Source: an uncultured Acidobacteriaceae bacterium (lineage in GTDB: Bacteria; Acidobacteriota; Terriglobia; Terriglobales; Acidobacteriaceae). Taken from it: 64,000 nucleotides of DNA. Location of the stretch: positions 3,311-67,310 of the forward strand of contig CAVPEZ010000029.1 of the NCBI GenBank assembly GCA_963703635.1. Reading direction: 5' to 3'. This document shows positions 7,561 through 16,725 of the stretch, piece after piece. Within the stretch, counting starts at the first letter, position 1, and each line of letters opens with the position of its first letter. A model generated the notes under the pieces. That model had not been told where the DNA came from. It searched no databases and worked only from the letters and a program-made list of their open reading frames with translations. The position numbers and the translations under genes are program-made.

Positions 7561-9384
7561 TCAAGTCGTTGCGAGGCCGGGCTTTTTTCTCGCGCCTTCG
7601 AAGTGCGCTTCGATCTCTTCCAGAGTTTTCCCTTTCGTTTCTGGCAGGAACACCGCGGCCGTGATGAAGTAGATCACGGTGCAGGCGGCGAAGCCGAAAA
7701 ACATGGTTGCGTAGCCATACTTGCCGACGGTGGGCAGGAATATCGCGGCAATGCCGGTGGAAACTGCCTGGTTGAGCAGCAGGGCGATGCTCATGCCGTT
7801 GGAGCGAATGCGGGTCGGCATCAGTTCGGAAAGCGCCAGCCAAACGCACACGCCGGGGCCGACGGCATAGAACGCCATGAACACGAAGAGCGTGATGGCG
7901 ACTTCCCATCCGCTGCGCGGGCTCGGCAAGGGCGTGATCAGGGCATTGTCGATTTTCAGCGGAGCCTGGCGGGCGGCGTCGAGATCGCCGAAGGGGTTGG
8001 AAAAGAACGCCACCACTTTGTTGGCGGGTACACAGCTTTCGCGGGTGATTTCGATTGGGGTCGCGGCAGTGTCGTCGGAACGCGCGGCCTTGGTCGCCGC
8101 CTGGAAGTCCCCGTAGGAATAGATGACTACCAGGGAAGTCGGGCGGCTGCCAACTTGGTGAGCAACATCGCCGCCGGAGTTCAGCAGCGTCTCCGCCAGC
8201 TTCTGGTCGTAAGTGAGGCTGATCTTCTGGTCCGCATTGACCATCGACTGAAGCGAGGTTTTTGAATCTATTCGCAAGCGTTCGGTTGCGCGGAAGAGCA
8301 GGCCGGTGCAAACCAGCGAAACAATAATTCCGGCGGTTCCCACCGACAGCAAGAATTTGCGTCCTTTGCGATCCACCAGCATTACGCCGCCAATGGTGAC
8401 CAGGAAGTTGATGATGGTGAAAAGAACGTAGCCCCAATGAGCCTGCACATCGGAGAGGCCGCTCTGCAGGAGAATGTTGGTGTTATAGCCAATGATGGAG
8501 TTGATGCCGGTAGCCTGATTGCACGCGAGAATCACACAGGCCAGCACAAACGGGATCACATACTTGCGGCGCAGAAGTGACTCCTTAATCTTCGTTCCGG
8601 TGGAAGTTTGCGCTTTCTCGGCGGCGGCCGCCTGCTCCATTTCCGCGAGCTCAAGGTCAGCCTGCACGGTGCTGCGGGAACGAAGGAGAGCCGCGCGGGC
8701 GGCATCGCGCCTGCCCTGCCGAAACAGCCAGCGTGGGGACTCCGCCACCATGACGCTGCCAATCACGAACAAAATCCCCGGTGGCAGCGATACCCAGAAG
8801 ATGCTGCGCCAGGCCGTGTCTTTAAACGCGATGAGCCGGGCAGCGTCGCCGAGCTTTGCTACTTCGGCGACTCGAAAACTGAAATACATGCCAACGAAAG
8901 CCGCCGCCGTGATGCCGAGAGTGAGCAGCCATTGGAAGATGCCTGTGCCCTTGCCGCGACTCGATGCCGACAAACACTCTGCCAGATACAGCGGGACGAC
9001 AACACCAATCAACCCGGCGCTGATGCCCTGCAGAAGGCGGCCAAGAATCAACGGTTCATAACCATGAGAAAGCGCAATTACCGGAATGCTGACCACAAAC
9101 AGCACGCCGCTCAGGGTCATGAGCAGCTTGCGTCCCATCCAGTCCGCCAGCGCTCCCGCGAACAGGGTTGAGATGACGCTGCCGAGAAGGACGGCTGCAA
9201 CCACGGTGGAGAGCTGGCCGGCATTCAAGCCGGACGTGGCTTCGAGGTAAGGCAAGGCGCCAGCGATGATGCCGACGTCCACTCCGTATAGCAAGCCACC
9301 CAGTCCCGCTACCAGCAGAAGGAAGCGGTTATAGCTGGCCTTTTCGTCGTTCGCCACGGGGTCAGTCCTTTCGGCCGGGAACAC
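7561..9384 (-). CDS. MFS transporter, sugar porter family, with a ~125-aa insertion
   Basis: LYGVDVGIIAGALPY, GRKLLMTLSG, PESPRWL and ELMPTRIRS are the sugar-porter signature blocks. At 607 aa it is ~130 aa longer than typical members. The extra segment lies between predicted TM9 and TM10. Confidence 0.9.
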   Translation of the reverse strand: MFPAERTDPVANDEKASYNRFLLLVAGLGGLLYGVDVGIIAGALPYLEATSGLNAGQLSTVVAAVLLGSVISTLFAGALADWMGRKLLMTLSGVLFVVSIPVIALSHGYEPLILGRLLQGISAGLIGVVVPLYLAECLSASSRGKGTGIFQWLLTLGITAAAFVGMYFSFRVAEVAKLGDAARLIAFKDTAWRSIFWVSLPPGILFVIGSVMVAESPRWLFRQGRRDAARAALLRSRSTVQADLELAEMEQAAAAEKAQTSTGTKIKESLLRRKYVIPFVLACVILACNQATGINSIIGYNTNILLQSGLSDVQAHWGYVLFTIINFLVTIGGVMLVDRKGRKFLLSVGTAGIIVSLVCTGLLFRATERLRIDSKTSLQSMVNADQKISLTYDQKLAETLLNSGGDVAHQVGSRPTSLVVIYSYGDFQAATKAARSDDTAATPIEITRESCVPANKVVAFFSNPFGDLDAARQAPLKIDNALITPLPSPRSGWEVAITLFVFMAFYAVGPGVCVWLALSELMPTRIRSNGMSIALLLNQAVSTGIAAIFLPTVGKYGYATMFFGFAACTVIYFITAAVFLPETKGKTLEEIEAHFEGARKKPGLATT

Positions 9385-9492
9385 CGGAAAGTTACTTCGC
9401 GAGAATACTACGGTTAAACCGTTGGCACCGAATTTTCCTGGTCGCAGGGCGGTGCGGCACGCAACCTCGCAGAGGACTATGATGGTCTTATC

Positions 9493-9738
9493 ATGACCAG
9501 CCCTAATGTTGAGTCTCCCTCAAGTTCGGAAATGTGCGCCCACGTTAAGCGTCTTGGATATTCGACTTCCAAACACGTTCGCCTGTATGGCGAGGATTTT
9601 GAAGTGGTTTCAGACCCGTTTGCAGAAGCGGACGGTGTCGCGGTTCGGGTTACGACAATAAAAGACTCGAAGATTCGCGTGCTGCAGATACCGTCGACAG
9701 TTCTTCAAAGTATGAGGCGGGGCCGCACGGCCGCCTGA
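9493..9738 (+). CDS. hypothetical protein (81 aa)
   Basis: Isolated ORF with protein-like composition (…HVRLYGEDFEVVSDPFAEADGVAVRVTTIKDSKIRVLQIP…). No family recognised and the start is uncertain. Confidence 0.4.
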   Translation: MTSPNVESPSSSEMCAHVKRLGYSTSKHVRLYGEDFEVVSDPFAEADGVAVRVTTIKDSKIRVLQIPSTVLQSMRRGRTAA

Positions 9739-9794
9739 CTGCGTCAGGCGCTGTCTCTTCTCAACGCTCTAATGTCACAACTTCACCAGTGCGC

Positions 9795-10697
9795 CTAGGC
9801 TTCTGTCTTCTTGAGATGGTCCGAGAGCTGCCGCACCACGGAAATGAAAGTCTTGCTGGCCACTGAGAGCGTGCGGTCGCGCCGATAGGCAAGGCCTAGT
9901 TCCCGCCACAGTTCAGGGCCTTCCAGTTCGATCAGTTTCACTCTGCCTGCGGCTACTTCATCGCGCGCAAAGGCTGCGCTGATGAGCGAGATGCCAAGGT
10001 CGGCGGCAACGAAGCTTTTGATCATCCCGATACTGGGTAGCTCCATCCTGACTTTGAGTTCCGTGTTGTACTCGCGGAAAAGCTTATCCAGCAGTCTGCG
10101 GGTGTGACCGGTCTTGGGCAGCAGCAGAGGATACTTCACCACGTCGCTGATAGGCGCCGACTTCTGCTTGGCTAACGGGTTCTTAGGACTCACCATCAGC
10201 ATCAAGCGGTCGCGATAGATAGCCTGGACCTTCAAGCTGGGCGATTGAACTGGCAGGCTGAGCACGCCCACATCGAGCGAACCGTTTTCCAGCTTCTCGA
10301 CAATCTTGTAGGTGAAGTTGCGATAGATACTGATTTGCACATCGGGAAAACGGCGGCAGTACTCCCCAAAAACTTCGGGCAGAACATAAAGGCAGGTGGC
10401 TTCATTGGCGCCGACCAGCAGCGTGCCACGCGGCGTGTGGCCATGGTCGGCCACCGCCACCAGCGATTCGTCGCGCAGCTTTTTCATGCGCAAAGCGTAC
10501 TCGTGAAAGACCTGACCCGCGGGAGTCAACTTCACCGACTTGCCGGAGCGGTCGAGCAGGCGGTCGCCGTACTCCTGTTCCAGTTGGCGGATCTGCGCGC
10601 TGACTGCCGATTGCGAGCGGAAGACTTTCTCCCCGGCGCGCGAGAAGCTGCCTTGCCGGGCAACTTCCAGGAAGGTGATGAGCTGATCGAAGTCCAT
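9795..10697 (-). CDS. LysR-family transcriptional regulator
   Basis: N-terminal winged HTH (MDFDQLITFLEVARQGSFSRAGEKVFRSQSAVSAQIRQLE) plus a LysR substrate-binding domain. 300 aa. Confidence 0.9.
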   Translation of the reverse strand: MDFDQLITFLEVARQGSFSRAGEKVFRSQSAVSAQIRQLEQEYGDRLLDRSGKSVKLTPAGQVFHEYALRMKKLRDESLVAVADHGHTPRGTLLVGANEATCLYVLPEVFGEYCRRFPDVQISIYRNFTYKIVEKLENGSLDVGVLSLPVQSPSLKVQAIYRDRLMLMVSPKNPLAKQKSAPISDVVKYPLLLPKTGHTRRLLDKLFREYNTELKVRMELPSIGMIKSFVAADLGISLISAAFARDEVAAGRVKLIELEGPELWRELGLAYRRDRTLSVASKTFISVVRQLSDHLKKTEA

Positions 10698-10933
10698 TCG
10701 GTGTAGTTAGAAGATTATAGCTAACAGTGGCCTCGGGCGCGGTTTTCGCGGGCTCAGTTAAGACTGCTCATTGAACGACCGGTCTTTCGGAAGTGAGAGG
10801 CTTGTCGCGTCCATAACTGCGGGCTTCTTCGGCGGCGAGTCGCGAAAGGATCGAAGCCCATGATTCTTCGATCGAGCACGGCGGCGCCAGAGGCTCAACC
10901 CGAAGCAGCGGCAAAGCTGAGCAGGAGAGGAGT

Positions 10934-12820
10934 TCAGCCGCACGGGGACTGCCGGTGAGTTGCAAATGCCGGCGCAAGAATGCGGCGGAGCCATTGTTCT
11001 TCCCGAGGTTCGAGAGTTGCGAACCGCACCGAGTCGCGGTTGATGTGATCGTCGTTTATGTGACTATCGTTTATGTGACCATCATTTATGTGACCATCAT
11101 TTATGTGACCATCATTGAAGTAGGCATCGGCGTCGGCGCGCAACAGATAGGCGAGGCCGCCAGTCATTCCCGCTCCCATATTCGGGCCCGCTGGCCCGAG
11201 AATCGCCACCACTCCGGCGGTCATGTATTCGCATCCGTGGCGGCCCACCCCCTCAACCACAGCGAGCGCACCGCTGTTGCGGACCGCGAACCGCTCTCCT
11301 GCCCGGCCCGCGACGAACAACTCGCCGGACGTCGCGCCGTAGAGCACCGTGTTGCCGACCAGTACATCTCCGCGTTCCGAGGCTTCCGCGTGCGCGGTAA
11401 TTGCGATGCTGCCGCCGCACAGACCTTTGCCCACATAGTCGTTCGCCTCGCCGGTAAGCCGGAAGTTGGCGCCGGAAATCAGGAATGCGCCAAAGCTTTG
11501 TCCGGCGGTGCCGACAAACTCGCAATCGGCGCCGCCCATGTCCAGAGTCGAAGTTCCAAACGAAGATCCGAGGCGGCGCAGCACCTCGCCACTGAAGTGC
11601 GCACCAACAGCTCGATCCTCGCTGGTGATTTCAAAACGATGAGGACGGACGGAGAGAGACTCAAGATCGTCCACTACACGATTCAATTCAACGTGCAGCG
11701 CGCTGCTGTCCTCGTGAGGACAGGGAAACTGCGCGGGCGGATTGGCGATCGGAGTCAACAGCGAAGCCACGCTCCGTTCGGTTTCCGGAGAGCGCGGCTG
11801 TAACCGCTCAACAGCGCCCAGGATTTCATCGACGGAACCCGCACCCATCCTCGCCAGCAGTTCGCGTACGTCTGCCGCCAGGGCGCGGAAGTAAGTTTCG
11901 ACCATCTCGGGATTCCCGGCAAAGCGCGCGCGCAGGGTTTCATCCTGAGTGGCGATGCCGACAGGGCAAGTATTGAGGTGGCATTGCCGGGCCATGACGC
12001 AGCCGATGGCGAGCAGCGCGGCGGTTCCGAAGCCGAATTCCTCGGCACCCAGCAGCGCGGCGACTACTACATCGCGGGCGAACTTCAAGCCGCCATCCAC
12101 GCGCAATCTCACTCGGGCGCGGAGGCCTGCCTCCACCAGCGCAGTATGTGCGTCGCGCAAACCGATTTCCCAGGGCAGCCCGGTGTTTTTAATGGAAGTG
12201 AGCGGCGACGCGCCCGTGCCGCCATCGTGACCGCTGATCGTGATGACGTCCGCACCCGCTTTGGCTACGCCGGTAGCGATGACTCCGACTCCGGAACTGG
12301 AAACCAGTTTTACCCCGATGCGTGCATTCGGGTTCACGGCGCGCAGATCGTAGATCAACTGCGCCAGATCTTCGATGCTGTAGATGTCATGATGCGGCGG
12401 CGGCGAGATCAGTGAGGTTCCAGGGACGGCGTGTCGCAGGCGTGCAATGTAGGGCGTTACTTTTGTGGACGGGAGTTGGCCGCCTTCGCCGGGCTTCGAG
12501 CCTTGCGCCATCTTGATCTCGATTTCATCGGCGCGCACCAGGTATTCCGCTGTCACGCCAAATCGCGCCGACGCTACCTGCTTGACGCGGTTATTCGCCT
12601 CCGGGTGCTCGTAGTAAATGCTTGGATCTTCACCGCCCTCGCCGGTGTTGCTGCGTCCTCCCAGGCGGTTCATGGCGATGGCGAGAGTCTGATGAGCTTC
12701 GGGTGAAATCGCGCCCAGCGACATGGCCTGCGTGCTGAAGCGGCTGAGCAGCGAAACTTCGCTCTCTACTTCGTCTAAAAGTAGAGGCTGCGCGGGACGG
12801 AACTCGAGCAAGTCCCGCAC
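10934..12820 (-). CDS. gltB: glutamate synthase large subunit, FMN-binding + GXGXG domains (fragment; locus frameshifted)
   Basis: RDLLEF...MSLGAISPEAHQTLAIAMNRLGGRSNTGEGGEDP...GHDGGTGASP... are hallmark GltB FMN-domain blocks, followed by the C-terminal GXGXG beta-helix domain. It has no start of its own. It continues the upstream ORF in another frame. The extreme C-terminus continues in a third frame down to 10768. Confidence 0.85.
   Translation of the reverse strand: MRDLLEFRPAQPLLLDEVESEVSLLSRFSTQAMSLGAISPEAHQTLAIAMNRLGGRSNTGEGGEDPSIYYEHPEANNRVKQVASARFGVTAEYLVRADEIEIKMAQGSKPGEGGQLPSTKVTPYIARLRHAVPGTSLISPPPHHDIYSIEDLAQLIYDLRAVNPNARIGVKLVSSSGVGVIATGVAKAGADVITISGHDGGTGASPLTSIKNTGLPWEIGLRDAHTALVEAGLRARVRLRVDGGLKFARDVVVAALLGAEEFGFGTAALLAIGCVMARQCHLNTCPVGIATQDETLRARFAGNPEMVETYFRALAADVRELLARMGAGSVDEILGAVERLQPRSPETERSVASLLTPIANPPAQFPCPHEDSSALHVELNRVVDDLESLSVRPHRFEITSEDRAVGAHFSGEVLRRLGSSFGTSTLDMGGADCEFVGTAGQSFGAFLISGANFRLTGEANDYVGKGLCGGSIAITAHAEASERGDVLVGNTVLYGATSGELFVAGRAGERFAVRNSGALAVVEGVGRHGCEYMTAGVVAILGPAGPNMGAGMTGGLAYLLRADADAYFNDGHINDGHINDGHINDSHINDDHINRDSVRFATLEPREEQWLRRILAPAFATHRQSPCG
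11038..11117. repeat. 15-bp tandem repeat (~5 units), in frame within gltB
   Basis: (C/G)(G/A)TTTATGTGAC(T/C)AT units at 11053, 11068, 11083 and 11098, plus a degenerate unit before them. On the coding strand this is translated as DGHIN-DGHIN-DGHIN-DSHIN-DDHIN. Confidence 0.85.
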
Positions 12821-15216
12821 GGCAACGTTCTTCCCGCTCTCCTGCGGTCTTCGGAGAGGATCGCAAGAGCTGCACGGTTCTGCTCGGTCGGCGATTTGAT
12901 GTAGCGATGCATGCGCCGCACGAATTCAGGCGAACTCGCGTGTTGCTCGCCGTTGCGGCGGAAGCGATACAAACCGGCATCGCGAAACTCCGCAGCAGAA
13001 GATCCGAAACCCGCGTCGTGACAGGAGATGCTGTCGCGCAATAGATCGTCCAGCGTCTTGCCGCTGAGCGTGTGCCCGGCATTCTCGAAAAACTCTTCGC
13101 ATACCGAGGGATCGAGGCCGATGGTTTCGAACAACTGGCTATTGCGATAGCTGCCGATCGTGGAGATGCCCATGCGAGCAAGCACTCTGCGCAAACCCCT
13201 TTCAATGCCGGCGCGATAGTGGGCAGGACCGTTGATGTCAGCCCGGGATGCCATACTCATGGCTAGATGGGGATGCACGGCGCTCGCTCCTGCGGCGACC
13301 AGCAGGGCCACATGATGGGTATCGACGACCTGGCCGGTTTCCACAAGCAGAGGAACACTCCACGCGCCGGCTTCGGTCATCGCTTGCCAAACGCACGAAA
13401 CCGCCAGGAGCGCGGGCAAAGCGGCCCGCTTCTCATTCAGGGCGCGATCACTCAGCAAAATCGCGCCGGAATGGGCCGCTTCCGTCGAAGCTTCCCGGCG
13501 GATTCTGCTCAAGAGCTGACGGGCGGCCTCAGCGCCTCCAGCCGTCTCGAAAGTAATATCGATGTAACGAACCGGCGACAGCTCGGTAGCAATCGAATCC
13601 ATTTGTCCGGCGTCGAGCAGCGGAGAATTCAACTTCGTATTCTTGCCGAGGTAGACGTCGAGCGACATTACGTGGCTCTCGCGCAGCGGGTCGATGGGAG
13701 GATTGGTAACCTGCGCGAAACGTTGCTTGCAGTAATCCCAAAGAGGACGCGGAAGGCTCGACAGGAAGGCTGGGGGAGCGTCGTCGCCCATGCTCCACAG
13801 AGGTTCCTGGCCGTGCTCTACGAGAGGGTAGAAGAGCATGCGGAACTGATCTTCGGTCCAGCCGTAGGCTGCCATCAATCGGTTGCCATCGATCACGATG
13901 GGCTCGGCTTCGTGTTTCGCTGGAATCACTGTCGTCATCGGCCGGCTGCCGGCGGCACGCACGAGCTTCGAAACTTCACTCGGCCGGAAAAAAGTCCCGC
14001 ATGCCGGATCGGCAATGAGCATCTCACCGGGACCTAGTCGCTGGCGTTCCACCACCTTTTTATCGGAAAGATCCGTAATGCCGACTTCGGAGCCGACGAT
14101 GAGCAACCCGTCCGAGGTCAGCGTATAGCGCAGCGGGCGCAGGCCATTGCGGTCGAGCTTGGCGCCCACGAACTGTCCGTCGGTGAAGATCAATGCGGCA
14201 GGGCCGTCCCAGGGTTCTTGCTCGGCAGCGCTGTTGGCGAGGAACGCCCGCAATCCGGGGTCGAGATGCTCATCGTGTTCCCATGCCGGCGGCACCAGGC
14301 GTAACGCAGACTCGGCAATGCTGGAACCTCGCTGCACCAAAGCTTCCAGAGCGTTATCAAAGCTGGCGGAGTCGCTCATCCCTGGCTGCAATAGCCTTGC
14401 GTCCTTCGACAATCGAAGCTGGTGGCGCAAGGTTGCGCCGCGCGCCTGAAACCAGCGCCGGTTGCTGCTTATGGTGTTGATCTCGCCGTTGTGAGCTACG
14501 AAGCGAAAGGGCTGAGCCAGCGACCAACTGGGCTGCGTGTTGGTGGAGTACCGTTGATGAAAAACCACGAATGCGCTGGCAAACTCCGGATCGCTCAAGT
14601 CAAGATAGAACGGGGCTAACTGCTGAGGCGTGAGCAGTCCCTTGTAAACGATGGTTCTCGACGACAGCGAGCAGTAGTAAGCGGAGGCATGGACGGTTTC
14701 AAGTTCCTGCCGCAGCCGGAAAAGCTGCAACTCAAAATGCGAGGAGTCGAGAGATGACTTTGAGCGCGAGGAGTTGAGGCGAGACCCGATGAAGCATTGC
14801 CGTACCACAGGGAGGGAATCGCTGGAGCGCGGCCCCAGGATGGAAGGGTCGGTGGGCACCGTGCGCCAGCCCAGAAAGGACAGGTCAAATTTCGAAACGG
14901 AAGTTCGAATCGCGTCGTCGGCTTGAGTTTCCTGGCCACGCTGAAGAAACACCATGCCGACAGCAAATTCGTCAGGCAATCTAATTCCGTCAGCGCGAGC
15001 GGCCTTGCGGAAGAAAGCCTTCGGCATGCCGACTAGCAGGCCGGCGCCATCACCGCTGCGGCCATCGGCATCCACGCCGCCGCGGTGGGCCAGGCGCGCC
15101 AGGGCGCTGAGTCCGCGATCAATCACCGCATGAGACGCAGGTCCGCCCAGTTGGGCGATAAAGCCCACGCCGCATGCATCATGATCCGCCGAGAACTTGA
15201 GGCGCTTCTCCTCCAT
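12775..15216 (-). CDS. gltB: glutamate synthase large subunit, amidotransferase + central domains (fragment; locus frameshifted)
   Basis: MEEKRLKFSADHDACGVGFIAQLGG carries the Ntn-amidotransferase Cys. The 813 aa cover the GATase-2 and central domains. The last ~20 residues (…RRAGRTLPCGTCSSSVPRSLYF*) are out-of-frame read-through. Confidence 0.9.
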   Translation of the reverse strand: MEEKRLKFSADHDACGVGFIAQLGGPASHAVIDRGLSALARLAHRGGVDADGRSGDGAGLLVGMPKAFFRKAARADGIRLPDEFAVGMVFLQRGQETQADDAIRTSVSKFDLSFLGWRTVPTDPSILGPRSSDSLPVVRQCFIGSRLNSSRSKSSLDSSHFELQLFRLRQELETVHASAYYCSLSSRTIVYKGLLTPQQLAPFYLDLSDPEFASAFVVFHQRYSTNTQPSWSLAQPFRFVAHNGEINTISSNRRWFQARGATLRHQLRLSKDARLLQPGMSDSASFDNALEALVQRGSSIAESALRLVPPAWEHDEHLDPGLRAFLANSAAEQEPWDGPAALIFTDGQFVGAKLDRNGLRPLRYTLTSDGLLIVGSEVGITDLSDKKVVERQRLGPGEMLIADPACGTFFRPSEVSKLVRAAGSRPMTTVIPAKHEAEPIVIDGNRLMAAYGWTEDQFRMLFYPLVEHGQEPLWSMGDDAPPAFLSSLPRPLWDYCKQRFAQVTNPPIDPLRESHVMSLDVYLGKNTKLNSPLLDAGQMDSIATELSPVRYIDITFETAGGAEAARQLLSRIRREASTEAAHSGAILLSDRALNEKRAALPALLAVSCVWQAMTEAGAWSVPLLVETGQVVDTHHVALLVAAGASAVHPHLAMSMASRADINGPAHYRAGIERGLRRVLARMGISTIGSYRNSQLFETIGLDPSVCEEFFENAGHTLSGKTLDDLLRDSISCHDAGFGSSAAEFRDAGLYRFRRNGEQHASSPEFVRRMHRYIKSPTEQNRAALAILSEDRRRAGRTLPCGTCSSSVPRSLYF

Positions 15217-15365
15217 ATTAATTGTCTAACCTGAAACACCCGTCCAAGTACAATCATCAATTTCGATGCGGCGCATTGATTTTTCTGCACTGCGCCAGCG
15301 GCGATTTCCGGAAGGCGGTCTCTGAGCTTCCTGTATCGTGAAGATCGAGGACTCTCCTCAGTAAA

Positions 15366-16631
15366 ATGGCGAATCCTGCCACAGCCAGCGCTCGATTAGT
15401 CACTCTCTGCGACGTTCAATCCGCCCTTGTCCGGGTTCGAGAGTCGATCCAAGTTTCTCCGTGCACTCGCTCCGAAACCTTCTCTGAACTCACCGGCAAC
15501 TCCATCTATCTCAAACTCGAGAACCGGCAGCGGACCGGCGCCTATAAAGAACGAGGCGCACTGAACAAGCTTCTAAGCCTGCCTGCGGAAGCACGTTCTC
15601 AGGGAGTAATAGCGGCCTCGGCGGGCAACCATGCGCAGGCCGTTGCCTACCATGCCTCCAAGCTGGGAATCCGGGCAAGAATCGTTATGCCTTTGGCGAC
15701 GCCGTTGATCAAGGTTTCGGCAACGCGCGGCTACGGCGGCGACGTGGTGCTGCATGGAGCGAATTACGATGAGGCTTACGAGGAGGCGATGCGCCTTAGC
15801 GCGCAGGAGCGCCTCACATTTGTGCATGCATTCGACGATGACGCAGTCATCGCAGGGCAGGGAACACTGGGGCTGGAGTTGCTTGAGCAGCATCCCGATC
15901 TTGAGGTTGTTGTCGTGCCCATTGGCGGAGGCGGGCTGATCGGAGGCATGGGTTGCGCTCTGAAGGAAATTAATCCCCGCATTCAGGTTATCGGAGTTCA
16001 ACCGGCGCGGCTGCCTTCGGTGAAGGTCGCACTGTCGGAGGGTAAGCCCGTGACCTTGCCCTCGGCGGTGACCATCGCCGATGGAATCGCGGTGCGTCGC
16101 GTCGGCGTCCGCACGCTTCCGCTAATACAGAAATATGTGGACGACATCGTCACGGTTGAGGAAGAGGAAATTGCCAACGCCGTTCTGCTCTTGCTCGAAA
16201 GAGAAAAGATTCTCGCCGAAGGAGCAGGCGCCGCTGCGCTGGCTGCTTTAGTCAATCGCCGCATTCCAATGATTCACGATTCAATGGTTCGCGACGCGGT
16301 AAGCAAGAAAGTTGTCGCCGTGGTCAGCGGCGGGAATATCGATGTAACGTTGCTGGCGCGCATCATCGAGCGCGGCCTGGTAAAGGATGGACGGCTCGTC
16401 CGTCTGCGCGTACACCTCCCCGACTATCCCGGAGCACTGCACCGGCTCACCGGCATCCTCGCGCAACATCGAGCCAATATCGTCGAGACTTCTTACGACC
16501 GCGCCTACCACAACGTGAATCTGGGAGACACAGCCATCGACGTCACCATGGAAACCCGCGGTCCCGACCACATCGCGGAACTGATTTCAGCCTTGGGTGC
16601 CAACGGTTATACGCACGAAAGGATCCTGTAG
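15366..16631 (+). CDS. ilvA: threonine ammonia-lyase (PLP-dependent, with a C-terminal ACT-like regulatory domain)
   Basis: YLKLENRQRTGAYKERGALN holds the PLP lysine region. Also GGGGLIGG and a C-terminal ~80-aa ACT-like domain. 421 aa. Confidence 0.9.
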   Translation: MANPATASARLVTLCDVQSALVRVRESIQVSPCTRSETFSELTGNSIYLKLENRQRTGAYKERGALNKLLSLPAEARSQGVIAASAGNHAQAVAYHASKLGIRARIVMPLATPLIKVSATRGYGGDVVLHGANYDEAYEEAMRLSAQERLTFVHAFDDDAVIAGQGTLGLELLEQHPDLEVVVVPIGGGGLIGGMGCALKEINPRIQVIGVQPARLPSVKVALSEGKPVTLPSAVTIADGIAVRRVGVRTLPLIQKYVDDIVTVEEEEIANAVLLLLEREKILAEGAGAAALAALVNRRIPMIHDSMVRDAVSKKVVAVVSGGNIDVTLLARIIERGLVKDGRLVRLRVHLPDYPGALHRLTGILAQHRANIVETSYDRAYHNVNLGDTAIDVTMETRGPDHIAELISALGANGYTHERIL

Positions 16632-16650
16632 GAAGCGCGCCAAGTCCTGT

Positions 16651-16720
16651 GGGGATGGCCGCCCTTCGACTTCGCTCAGGGCAGGCTCTCCGCCGTCCCG
16701 CCAAGCGCAGCGAGGCTCTT
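16651..16720 (+). repeat. REP-like intergenic element, family 1 (CCCTTCGAC..CTCAGGGCAGGCT core), copy A
   Basis: The core CCCTTCGACTTCGCTCAGGGCAGGCTCTC is at 16662-16690, in the convergent spacer between ilvA and the RDD gene. Related cores are at 26648-26682 (-), 57022-57066 (-) and 63774-63801 (+). Confidence 0.6.
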
Positions 16721-16725
16721 AGGCA

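Noticed and set aside
7349-8437. 362-aa minus-strand ORF in a second frame of the MFS transporter gene, running past its stop codon.
   Set aside because: It is an Arg/Pro/Gly-rich nonsense translation. The MFS frame carries all the sugar-porter signatures.
11038-11117. Tandem repeats here and at 47472-47526, considered as possible CRISPR arrays.
   Set aside because: The units are 15-17 bp and directly abutting, with no spacers. One array is in frame inside a gene. No cas genes are present in the window.
12775-12820. The possibility that gltB is naturally split into two genes, as in the archaeal domain-split glutamate synthases.
   Set aside because: The two ORFs overlap in different frames. 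Homology (…AG-KNVAVRDLLEF…) runs straight across the junction, with no start codon or RBS for the second part. A second shift occurs near the C-terminus. A frameshift explains all of this better.
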